A DNA stretch of 64,000 bases from Alphaproteobacteria bacterium (GTDB taxonomy: Bacteria; Pseudomonadota; Alphaproteobacteria; RF32; CAG-239), in assembly GCA_047975765.1 (NCBI GenBank), contig JBKEEF010000013.1, positions 67,727-131,726 of the forward strand. Direction: 5' to 3'. The translations under genes and the position numbers were made by a program. The notes under the pieces are model-generated. The model did no database searches. It was not told the origin of the DNA and was given only the letters and a program-made list of their open reading frames with translations. Positions 40,646-48,861 of the stretch are shown here, one piece after another (position 1 is the stretch's first letter; each line of letters starts with the position of its first letter).

Positions 40646-40796
40646 AATTTACCATACTAGATTTGAGGTAGCTTCCTGTTTTAGCCCAATAGCTATAAAT
40701 ATTACTCTTTGCTGAGTTATTCTCTATTACTCTTGGTATGTAAGATGTAATTCCATATGCAATACCTAATAAAAAGGCTTTGGTTTTTGTTTTCAT
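40620..40796 (-). CDS. small single-transmembrane protein between cI and the membrane protein
   Basis: 58 aa, MKTKTKAFLLGIAYGITSYI..., with a strong AGGAG RBS 7 nt upstream. Below the ORF-track length cut-off. Confidence 0.3.
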   Translation of the reverse strand: MKTKTKAFLLGIAYGITSYIPRVIENNSAKSNIYSYWAKTGSYLKSSMVNYEKEQKNK

Positions 40797-40929
40797 TTCT
40801 CACTCCTGATGGTTAATGAAATAACCTAACTATGTTATTATCACATAAAATATATAAATATACAATCAATAAAAAAGTTCATAATAGAATTGTTGATTTT
40901 TTTCAAGTAAAAATTTATTAAAATATTTT

Positions 40930-41607
40930 CTATAACTCTTTCATTTTGATTTGGTAATCAATCACCACAGCAGCGATATCATATTCTTTGTCGTCGGGGT
41001 GGAGAATGATATTGTTTATTGTTGGGTTGGTCGATTCGGCAACCAGAACAATTGTGTTGTTATCTGTTTTCATATATCTTTTGACAGTAGCTTCATATAG
41101 TCCGTCAGAGCTTTTTCGATATGCAATGATGTAGTCGCCATTTTCAATCTTGCCGTCATAATCATCTATGCAACAACATATAAGCGTTGTTTTTTCTGGC
41201 GGAAAGATTTTATTCATCGAATCGCCACGAACTCCTAGAGCGAAAATTCTTTTGTTTTTGAGGTTATCATTAACAGGATAATATACTTCTTCCCATTCAT
41301 CTTCAGGGAGTTGCGTCGCTTCATTCCATGCACCAGCTTGAACAAAACCGATTTTTGAAATTGTTGTTATTTGATTATTATTTTCATAGTCTAATTCTTT
41401 GGTAACACCTGATATATATTTTGTAAAGTTTTCTAAATTTATGTCTAAAAATTTAGCAAAAGAAACGATTTCTTTTTGCTGAATTTCCCTAATACCTTTA
41501 ATTATAGCACTTAAATGGGGTGGGGCAATGTTAACATAATTAGCTAATTCTTTTTGTGTTTTTCCAAGATCTTTCAATCTATCTTTTATAAACTCATATT
41601 TTGTCAT
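40930..41607 (-). CDS. cI: CI-like repressor (HTH_XRE plus S24 LexA-like peptidase)
   Basis: N-terminal HTH (KTQKELANYVNIAPPHLSAIIKG). C-terminal S24 with ALGVRGDSM and a Lys further downstream. Confidence 0.85.
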   Translation of the reverse strand: MTKYEFIKDRLKDLGKTQKELANYVNIAPPHLSAIIKGIREIQQKEIVSFAKFLDINLENFTKYISGVTKELDYENNNQITTISKIGFVQAGAWNEATQLPEDEWEEVYYPVNDNLKNKRIFALGVRGDSMNKIFPPEKTTLICCCIDDYDGKIENGDYIIAYRKSSDGLYEATVKRYMKTDNNTIVLVAESTNPTINNIILHPDDKEYDIAAVVIDYQIKMKEL

Positions 41608-41643
41608 ATTTTACCTTAATTTTAAATTTTGTCTATAATAATA

Positions 41644-41715
41644 CGATTATCGTAAAAAGTAAATTATTATTATCGTAATTTTTAGATTGACTTGTTATTA
41701 TGATTATCGTAATAT
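41644..41715. promoter_or_regulatory. OR operators (3 x ATTATCGTAA) with rightward promoter PR (TTGACT-N17-TAATAT)
   Basis: Repeats at 41646, 41669 and 41703. The third overlaps the -10 of the promoter that reads into cro. Confidence 0.55.
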
Positions 41716-41747
41716 TCTCTCAGGTTAATTAAATTCGGAGAATATAA

Positions 41748-41948
41748 TTGAAGAAAATATCAGAAATAATAAAGGATTTTGGGGGATTAGCGGAGATGTC
41801 AAGAACTCTTGATGTTGCAATTTCTACAATTCAATATTGGGAAGAAAAAAATAAAATTCCTTATTGGAGAATAGAAGTCGTTTTAAAGAAAGCAAAAGAG
41901 CTTGGCTTGTCAATTAATGAAAAATCAGAAGACGAAAGTGCTGCATAG
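41748..41948 (+). CDS. cro: Cro-like small DNA-binding protein
   Basis: 66 aa, TTG start with a GGAG RBS, divergent from cI. Confidence 0.5.
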   Translation: MKKISEIIKDFGGLAEMSRTLDVAISTIQYWEEKNKIPYWRIEVVLKKAKELGLSINEKSEDESAA

Positions 41949-41966
41949 CATTGTCGTCTTTTTTTG
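41929..41966 (+). terminator. tR1-like hairpin plus T7 immediately after cro
   Basis: Imperfect stem AGACGAAAGTGC / GCATTGTCGTCT followed by TTTTTTT. Confidence 0.4.
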
Positions 41967-41979
41967 TAGGAGAAATAAC

Positions 41980-42270
41980 ATGAATGAAAAAGAAATAAGA
42001 AAAGAATTAGTACTTTTGAATCTACAACGTGATAATCCGCTTTGTATTAGAGAGCTGAAAGATTTTGAAAAATATATTATGGGAAATGAAATAGAGGATG
42101 CGTCAACACCCTCTAAAGCTTGGGAAAAAAGAAATCCAGAGTTAGCAAAAGAAGCAAAAGAAAGAGCTAGAAAAAAGACTCTTCGTTTTCTTCTTGATGT
42201 TGGCGGCCGTGATTTTGTTCGCTTTTGTGGTTCTCATATTCGCAAAGGACATTGTAATGATGCTTCTTAA
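41980..42270 (+). CDS. hypothetical phage protein
   Basis: 96 aa from the ATG at 41980 with an AGGAGA RBS. Confidence 0.35.
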   Translation: MNEKEIRKELVLLNLQRDNPLCIRELKDFEKYIMGNEIEDASTPSKAWEKRNPELAKEAKERARKKTLRFLLDVGGRDFVRFCGSHIRKGHCNDAS

Positions 42271-43001
42271 TGTAATTAAACAAAAAGAATTCATCTTTAA
42301 CAGTTTCTTGCAAGTCGCGGATTCTTTGCTTTGTTTCATAAAGCTCAGTTTCAAGTTTTGCTATCTTGTCATTAAGCTTCATTATTTCAGTCCCTTTATC
42401 GTCCATAACCAATTTCCTTTTGTAGTTTTTACAAAAGGTATCGCTAAACAAAACATGAGTCAATTCTAAAAGGAGATAAAAATGGAAAACAGAACAAAAA
42501 ATAATATCAAAACGATTTATGAAATTTCTCCTACTTTTTTTCTGAAACAAGCCGAAAGAGCCGGAGAAAAACTCAACGAAGCTTTGAAGCTAGGGCTGAT
42601 TGTTTCAGCAAATGACAACATGTTAGAGGACATCATTGCGTAACTTATGATGTTCACAGGGTGTGAAAGTGGCTAGCGTCCTGTTCCTGAAAACAAAATC
42701 TGTTCTGCTATTTAGTTAAAACTCTTTTGAGCATTTGAGGAAAGAACAGAGCCACATTTTTTTTAATTTTATATTAGAGGAAAAGATTATGGCACGAAAG
42801 GAATCAAAGACTTTTATTCTCAATCTTCTTTCTGGAAGACACAGAAGAGTGAAAAAGAATGAAGTTTGTTGTGTCTGCGAACAGGTGAATATTGAAGGTG
42901 CGATTGATACTATCGTTTACATGATAAGCGGGCATTCATATTTGGTACAAGACACAAAAAAAAACAGTTGAAGAGAAAATTATAGTTAAAGGAGAAGAAT
43001 A

Positions 43002-43244
43002 ATGGGTGAAGTTGGTGGAATTGCAGTTGATAGATTGAAATCTCTGATTGAACGAGTTGAAAGACTTGAAGAAGAAAAGAAAGCTTTGAGTTCTGATGTC
43101 AGAGACATTTTTGCAGAAGCAAAATCTGCTGGGTTTGATGTTAAAATTATGCGTATGATTTTGAAACTCAGAAAGATGAATGCAGCAGACAGAGATGAAG
43201 AAGAGTTCTTGCTCGAAACGTATCGCAAAGCTTTAGACATATAA
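43002..43244 (+). CDS. GapR-like DUF2312 protein
   Basis: 80 aa. LKSLIERVERLEEEKKALSSDVRDIFAEAKSAGFDVKIMRMILKLRK closely matches the DUF2312/GapR consensus. Confidence 0.7.
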   Translation: MGEVGGIAVDRLKSLIERVERLEEEKKALSSDVRDIFAEAKSAGFDVKIMRMILKLRKMNAADRDEEEFLLETYRKALDI

Positions 43245-43255
43245 AGGATACAGCA

Positions 43256-43456
43256 ATGGCAGATGAACAGTTGATGGTTGGGAAAGGTGCAGAGCATCAG
43301 ACGAGATGTTTAGTTGATAAATTTAATAGCTATCAACCTACAATTTTTCATATCAAAAAAAATCCAAAGAAAGGTTTTCAGCTTCCTGTTTTGTTCGAGT
43401 TTTCAAAATTGCTCAAAAAATCAGTAATGTATTTAATTGGGGGTGAGAATGTTTGA
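43256..43456 (+). CDS. hypothetical phage protein
   Basis: 66-aa ORF. Confidence 0.3.
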   Translation: MADEQLMVGKGAEHQTRCLVDKFNSYQPTIFHIKKNPKKGFQLPVLFEFSKLLKKSVMYLIGGENV

Positions 43457-43547
43457 CATTGTTGTTTCTCTATTTGATGGCATGTCTTGTGGGCAAGAGC
43501 TATTATTTCAGCTCAGTTGAGTGTTGAAGCATTTTGCATAGGAGAGG

Positions 43548-43892
43548 GTGATGAGTGGGTATATTAAACTTCATAGAGGGCTTTTAGACTGGGAATGGTA
43601 TTCTGATATGAATTGTTTCAGATTATTCACTCATTTGCTCTTAAAAGCTTATAACGGAGAAGACGTGACTTATAATAATAACATAAGGAAAGGGCAGATA
43701 TTTATCTCTATAGCATGTCTTTCTCGTGAAACTGGATTGACTGTTAGCCAAACTAAAACAGCCCTTTCTAAGCTTATTAAAACGGGATTTTTAACTAAAA
43801 GTATTCAAAGAGGACATCAGTTGTTTTCAATTAATAACTATTTCTTTGAAGAAGAGTTTGTTTGTGGAGGTAAAAATGCAAGGGTGGATTAA
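43548..43892 (+). CDS. phage replisome-organizer N-terminal domain protein (short paralog)
   Basis: GYIKLHRGLLDWEWYSD N-terminal signature shared with the next gene. Lacks a C-terminal domain. Confidence 0.5.
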   Translation: MMSGYIKLHRGLLDWEWYSDMNCFRLFTHLLLKAYNGEDVTYNNNIRKGQIFISIACLSRETGLTVSQTKTALSKLIKTGFLTKSIQRGHQLFSINNYFFEEEFVCGGKNARVD

Positions 43893-44607
43893 GCTACATA
43901 GACGTCTTTTAGACTGGAGATGGATTAAAAATCCAAATGTTTTAAGTGTTTTTATACAACTTTTGTTAAGAGTTAATTTTGAAAAAGGTTACTTTGAAAG
44001 TATAGAAATTTCAAGGGGTTCACTTGTTACATCCCTCGAAACCCTAGCAAATTCAACCAACTTGAGTTTGCAACAAGTTAGGACAGCATTAAGTAAGCTA
44101 AAATCAACAGGCGAAATAACAACCGAATCAACAAACAAATTTACTGTTATAACTATTGTAAAATTTGATACTTACCAAGATGAGTATACAGAAAATAACA
44201 AACAAATTAACAAGCAATCTAACAATCAAATAACAAACGAGCAACAAACAAATAACAAACAAATAACAACAATAAAAGAAGAACAAGAATTTAAGAATGA
44301 AAGAATGAAAGAATTTAATTTAAATTATATGCCCGTTGCTGAAAATTTTGAAAAATCTAAATATTACTTTGAAGGTAAAATTATCAAATTAAATTCAAAA
44401 GATTTTTTAGACTGGGAAAAAGCATATCCTGAATTAAACCTTTATGCCGAATTGATGATGTACGACAAATGGCTTTCTGAAAATTCACCTGATGAAAAAA
44501 AATGGTTTCCAAGGGCTAGCAGATACTTGCTAAGCCAAAATGAATTGAGAAAAGAACAAAGAATTAAAACATCAAAAGAAACAGCAGAAGAGGAGTTTTA
44601 TTTATGA
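43876..44607 (+). CDS. phage replisome-organizer / replication initiation protein
   Basis: Start at the ATG at 43876 (GGAGG RBS). GWIKLHRRLLDWRWIKNPN N-terminal domain, then an N/Q-rich linker and a C-terminal domain. Confidence 0.6.
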   Translation: MQGWIKLHRRLLDWRWIKNPNVLSVFIQLLLRVNFEKGYFESIEISRGSLVTSLETLANSTNLSLQQVRTALSKLKSTGEITTESTNKFTVITIVKFDTYQDEYTENNKQINKQSNNQITNEQQTNNKQITTIKEEQEFKNERMKEFNLNYMPVAENFEKSKYYFEGKIIKLNSKDFLDWEKAYPELNLYAELMMYDKWLSENSPDEKKWFPRASRYLLSQNELRKEQRIKTSKETAEEEFYL

Positions 44608-45254
44608 GTGACGAAACAAAAAAAATAATTGACCACATCATTGACCTTTATGGTATAAGTGGCAATGACGCTGAAAAGATGAATAATAATATCTCAGAAT
44701 ATGAAAAAGCTTTTGAAGGGTATTCTTGTAAAGATGTGATTAAAGCTGTTAGTGAATATTGGCGTTGGAAAAGTGATAAAACAAGACCTAGTTTGTCAAA
44801 AATTCTTGCCATGCTTGAAAGTGACAAGGATGTTGAAAAAGATGATTTTAAGCCAAAGAGTTCTACTGATAAAAAATCAATCGATCCATCTTCTGCTTGG
44901 ATGGACCGAGATATTAAACTCGGAAAATGCAAACATTTGAAAAGAATTTATGACTTAGCTACAAAAAGAATTCTAAAAGATTTAGTTTACAACCTAGTCG
45001 GCCATGAGGAATATAAAAAGCTTAGTGATTTTGGAAAGTATCAAATTGCTTTGAGAAACAATCTTTTCACAGATGATATTTTGGAAGAAATCAGCACTCA
45101 AAGAGGAGATGAAGTATTCCAATCTGTAAATGAACTTCCGAAAACAAATGAAAAATTTGCTTATAACGGAAAACTTCTCGCAGCACATTTTTCTGCGAAA
45201 GAAAACCAAAATTTAGTTGGAAATGACAACGATTATTTTGATTTAGCTCAGTAG
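44604..45254 (+). CDS. hypothetical phage protein (replication module)
   Basis: 216 aa. Its start overlaps the upstream stop. Confidence 0.4.
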   Translation: MSDETKKIIDHIIDLYGISGNDAEKMNNNISEYEKAFEGYSCKDVIKAVSEYWRWKSDKTRPSLSKILAMLESDKDVEKDDFKPKSSTDKKSIDPSSAWMDRDIKLGKCKHLKRIYDLATKRILKDLVYNLVGHEEYKKLSDFGKYQIALRNNLFTDDILEEISTQRGDEVFQSVNELPKTNEKFAYNGKLLAAHFSAKENQNLVGNDNDYFDLAQ

Positions 45255-45266
45255 GGGAGATATAGA

Positions 45267-45770
45267 ATGAATACAGCAAAGAAGTTGAAGGCTGAAGAAA
45301 AGGTTGAGTTCACAAAAGAACAAATCGAAAAAAGAAGTTTAGAGAAAGTTCTAGGTCGTTTTCAATCAAAAACAGTTCTGGAAAAATATTGTGACAATGG
45401 AGATTTAGGAATACTCCGAGATGTTTCTCCAAATGATTTGCTGTCTGCTGGTAAAAGGCTCTATCGTGATTGGTATCTTTCTGGACTTCCCGAACTCAAA
45501 GCAAGTCAGTATGATAAGCCAATTGTTGATAGCTCCGTTTCTAGTTATTGCCCAACTAGCAAGGAAGATGCATTTGACCGTTATGAAAAAGCTATGAAGT
45601 CTGTATCTTCTCATTTTAGAGAAATTGTTCGTATTGTTTGTGTTGAGGATAAGCCGATTGTGGCGAATGATAACAACTCAGCCTATCGTAAGTCAATCGA
45701 TATTGGTTCACAAAAAAAAGACCTTTGCAGGGGACTTTTTGAACTTGTTTGTCATTACAGGGGGAGATAA
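45267..45770 (+). CDS. hypothetical phage protein
   Basis: 167-aa ORF. Confidence 0.4.
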   Translation: MNTAKKLKAEEKVEFTKEQIEKRSLEKVLGRFQSKTVLEKYCDNGDLGILRDVSPNDLLSAGKRLYRDWYLSGLPELKASQYDKPIVDSSVSSYCPTSKEDAFDRYEKAMKSVSSHFREIVRIVCVEDKPIVANDNNSAYRKSIDIGSQKKDLCRGLFELVCHYRGR

Positions 45771-45907
45771 CCAATGAATGAAAAAGCAATCGGAAAAATA
45801 AAAGAAAGATGGTATAAAAAATTATGGAAATGATACCGACCGACTACCGACTTTTAAGTTGAATTTTAATATTTTTTTATTTATGATTGCAAAAAAGGGA
45901 GATTGAT

Positions 45908-46876
45908 ATGTTTTGTGGAAAATGCGGAAAAGAGATTTCTGATGATGTTAAGTTTTGCCCCCATTGTGGAAAATCAACATCTAATGAAGCTATAAAACCT
46001 GTTTCAGAAAATAAAAAGGTTGAGTTTAAAGTGAGTAAAAAAGAACTTCCAAAAAATAAATTTGTTTGGTACTTATCCTTTGTTTTATTTCTTTTCGTTT
46101 ATACTTGTGTAAATAATATGGATAATCATAAAAACTCCACAAGTACACCTAAAGTTAGTTATTCAACAAAAGTGGATACTTCAAAAAAGGAAGATGTTAA
46201 AAAAGTTGAGGAAGAAGTTACAATAAAAGAAAATGTACCAGCAAGTGAAGATAATCAGATAGGTGCATTTATCATAAAAGAAGAGTATGAAAATATAAAA
46301 GAATATATTGGATGTAAAACAAAAAAAGAGCTTTCAAAAATAACAGATGCTTATAAAGGTAATATTGATAGATCTAATATTCCTTCTCTTTTAAATTCTA
46401 AAAGATGTATGTATATTGATAATAAAGAAGAAAATTATTATAAAATTCAGCTTTTAGAAAAAAATAAAGAAAATACAAGAATAAATAAAGTTAGATTAGT
46501 TCACTATGCAATTGATGATGTTGATTTATATGTTGATATCTATTTATCCTTAAAAGATATAGAGTTAAAAAGTAAATATGAAGTTTTCTCAGAAAAAATG
46601 AAGATTAAAGAGGAAAGTGAAAATAAAAATAAAATAGTTTATAATGATACGGCCTTTTATATTTGCACTACTATGAAAAATTGGAATGCTCTGTTTTTCT
46701 ATAGCAGCGGCACTCCTGAATTTAAGCGATTATTTAGTAGTGGAAAATGTATAAAAATAAGAAGTAAAACAAAACTTAAGAAATTATTTTATTTTGATGG
46801 TGCTTGGCAATATGAAGTTTTGGATGGTCCACATAAGGGTGAAAAATATTTTGGCACGAACATTGAAGATAAATAA
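45908..46876 (+). CDS. zinc-ribbon membrane protein
   Basis: Start at the ATG at 45908 (AAGGGAGA RBS). N-terminal CGKCG...CPHCG, one transmembrane helix, then a K-rich domain of about 250 aa. Confidence 0.5.
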   Translation: MFCGKCGKEISDDVKFCPHCGKSTSNEAIKPVSENKKVEFKVSKKELPKNKFVWYLSFVLFLFVYTCVNNMDNHKNSTSTPKVSYSTKVDTSKKEDVKKVEEEVTIKENVPASEDNQIGAFIIKEEYENIKEYIGCKTKKELSKITDAYKGNIDRSNIPSLLNSKRCMYIDNKEENYYKIQLLEKNKENTRINKVRLVHYAIDDVDLYVDIYLSLKDIELKSKYEVFSEKMKIKEESENKNKIVYNDTAFYICTTMKNWNALFFYSSGTPEFKRLFSSGKCIKIRSKTKLKKLFYFDGAWQYEVLDGPHKGEKYFGTNIEDK

Positions 46877-46932
46877 ATATTTTGTATAATTGTAGTAATA
46901 AATTAAAATAACAGTAAGGGAGAAAATTAATA

Positions 46933-47391
46933 ATGTCTAAAGAAATAGTCTATCTAAAAAAAGGTTTATCAAAAAATGAAGAAATATTAGGTGTGGCAGA
47001 GATACATTGGAGTTGCTATATCGTACCTAGTTTAATTTTGTTATTTTCTATTATTATTTTTCTTGGTGGGGGAAAAGATTCTTTTATACCAGGCTTATTG
47101 TTTTTATTTTGGTCTGTATTATCTTTTCTTTCCAGATATAAAACAGAATATGTGGTTACAAACAAAAGAGTTATCTCAAAAACAGGAATTATCACTGTTA
47201 AGACAAGAGAAATTAAAAATTCTCAAGTAGAATCGGTTTCTTTGGATCAGGGGGTTTTAGGAACTATTTTAGGATATGCGGATATTTCTTTTAGTGGAAC
47301 AGGAACAACAAAAGTTTCTTTTCAAGATATAAAAGATCCTGTGTTTATAAAATCTAAATTAGAAGAAATAATAGAAGGTAATAAAAAATAG
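46933..47391 (+). CDS. bacterial PH (bPH_2 / YdbT-like) domain membrane protein
   Basis: Two N-terminal transmembrane helices, then YKTEYVVTNKRVISKTGIITVKTREIKNSQVESV typical of bPH_2. Confidence 0.65.
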   Translation: MSKEIVYLKKGLSKNEEILGVAEIHWSCYIVPSLILLFSIIIFLGGGKDSFIPGLLFLFWSVLSFLSRYKTEYVVTNKRVISKTGIITVKTREIKNSQVESVSLDQGVLGTILGYADISFSGTGTTKVSFQDIKDPVFIKSKLEEIIEGNKK

Positions 47392-47690
47392 TATTAAAGA
47401 GAGCATCTAGCTCTCTTTTTTATTGACAGATAGTTTGTAATCTAATAATATTCTAAACAGAGCTAGAAACTCTGTAGTAAAGCGTAACGCACCCAAGACG
47501 AAAAGGTGTCTTTTGTATTTTAAATGAAATTCCACGTTTGCTCCGTGTGAGTGTCAAATTTATACATTTCATCTCTTTCTATGCTAGGAGTGCGAGGAAT
47601 ATATTGAATAACTCCGCACATCTTTGCTTGTGTTTCTAGCTCCTAGCACCTTACTATTTAAGGGAATCCTATAGAAAAGGAAGTAAAGAA

Positions 47691-48332
47691 ATGAAAAAAG
47701 AGTTACAAAATTTATCTATTCATAGTTTAGAAGTGATTGATGATGAACCTAGAATCAAAGATGTGATTTTGGGTGAAAGATTGGGCTTGAAAAAAGCGAG
47801 AGATGTTAGAGTTGTTATTAAGTCAAATATGGCGGAATTGTTAAAATATGGTGGTACGCCGTTACTGACGGCGAACGAGAAATTAGGTTGCTTAACCAGA
47901 ATGACAGAAGCTTATTATCTCAATGAAGCACAGGCCTTGTTGATTTGTATGTTTTCACGAACAACAAAAGCGGCGGAAGTGAGAAAAGAGCTGATTGATG
48001 TTTATATGGCTTATCGGACAAAAGGCTTGGTCAAGGTCAAAGAACATTATCGCAATAGTGTTAAGCAAGTTGAGGAAGTAAAAATCAAGAACAACAATGG
48101 TGTTATTGCAGTTCCTGAGCCAGTTTATAAATATATTCATACTGAGCTTGGTGTTTATGACCCAACAATGAGTAAGTTGTTTTCTTTTATCAAGAATGCT
48201 TGTAAGACAGCCGTTCGGGAAGAATTAAATCTTGAAGCTCTTAAGGTTTTAGAATCTCTTGAAGATAAAGACAGGCAGATTGCCGAACTTGACTTTAAGC
48301 TGATGAATATTAGGAAGCTTGTTGTTAGGTAA
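47691..48332 (+). CDS. hypothetical phage regulatory-like protein
   Basis: 213 aa. Weak resemblance to Rha or antirepressor N-terminal domains. Confidence 0.3.
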   Translation: MKKELQNLSIHSLEVIDDEPRIKDVILGERLGLKKARDVRVVIKSNMAELLKYGGTPLLTANEKLGCLTRMTEAYYLNEAQALLICMFSRTTKAAEVRKELIDVYMAYRTKGLVKVKEHYRNSVKQVEEVKIKNNNGVIAVPEPVYKYIHTELGVYDPTMSKLFSFIKNACKTAVREELNLEALKVLESLEDKDRQIAELDFKLMNIRKLVVR

Positions 48333-48432
48333 AGTTATAAAGCCCCGAGAGATTGGGGCTTTACATTTTATGTAAATTATGCTACCTATGGTGTTAGATA
48401 TAACTTTCGTAAAATCTAACAGGAAAACAATA

Positions 48433-48846
48433 ATGGCTAATGTATATGATGTTGCTAAACACATTTTAGAGAAGATGGGTAAAGTTACAGGGATGAAACT
48501 CCAAAAGCTTTGTTATTACTCTCAAGCTTGGTCATTGGTTTGGGATGAAGAGCCTCTATTTTCTAACCCAATTAAAGCATGGAAATACGGTCCAGTTTGT
48601 CATGATCTATATAATTTGCACGATGGACAATTTATTGTTGAGATAAGTAAAGATCTTACTTCACGTTGTGAGAATAATCTCACAGAGAAACAAGTTGAGA
48701 CAATAGATGCTGTGATTAGAGATTATGGTGATTTCACTGCACAACAATTGAGCGACTTAACACATTCTGAGGATCCATGGAAAAATGCTAAACAGAATGA
48801 AATTATATCTGCTACAGCAATGCACGAGTTTTATAGCAGTTTATAG
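48433..48846 (+). CDS. Panacea-domain (DUF4065, COG3600 GepA/SocA-like) protein, putative PanA antitoxin
   Basis: VAKHILEKMGKVTGMKLQKLCYYSQAWSLVWDEEPLFSNPIKAWKYGPVCHDLY matches the DUF4065 core (KLQKLLYYAQ..W...G.PLF...AW..GPV). Confidence 0.65.
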   Translation: MANVYDVAKHILEKMGKVTGMKLQKLCYYSQAWSLVWDEEPLFSNPIKAWKYGPVCHDLYNLHDGQFIVEISKDLTSRCENNLTEKQVETIDAVIRDYGDFTAQQLSDLTHSEDPWKNAKQNEIISATAMHEFYSSL

Positions 48847-48861
48847 ATATAATGGTGTTGT

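Noticed and set aside
42167-42550. 127-aa minus-strand ORF convergent with, and overlapping, 41980-42270
   Set aside because: Only an internal 40-70 aa coiled-coil segment (from MDDKG) looks gene-like. The rest overlaps the opposite-strand ORF by about 100 bp. It is too ambiguous to call from sequence alone.
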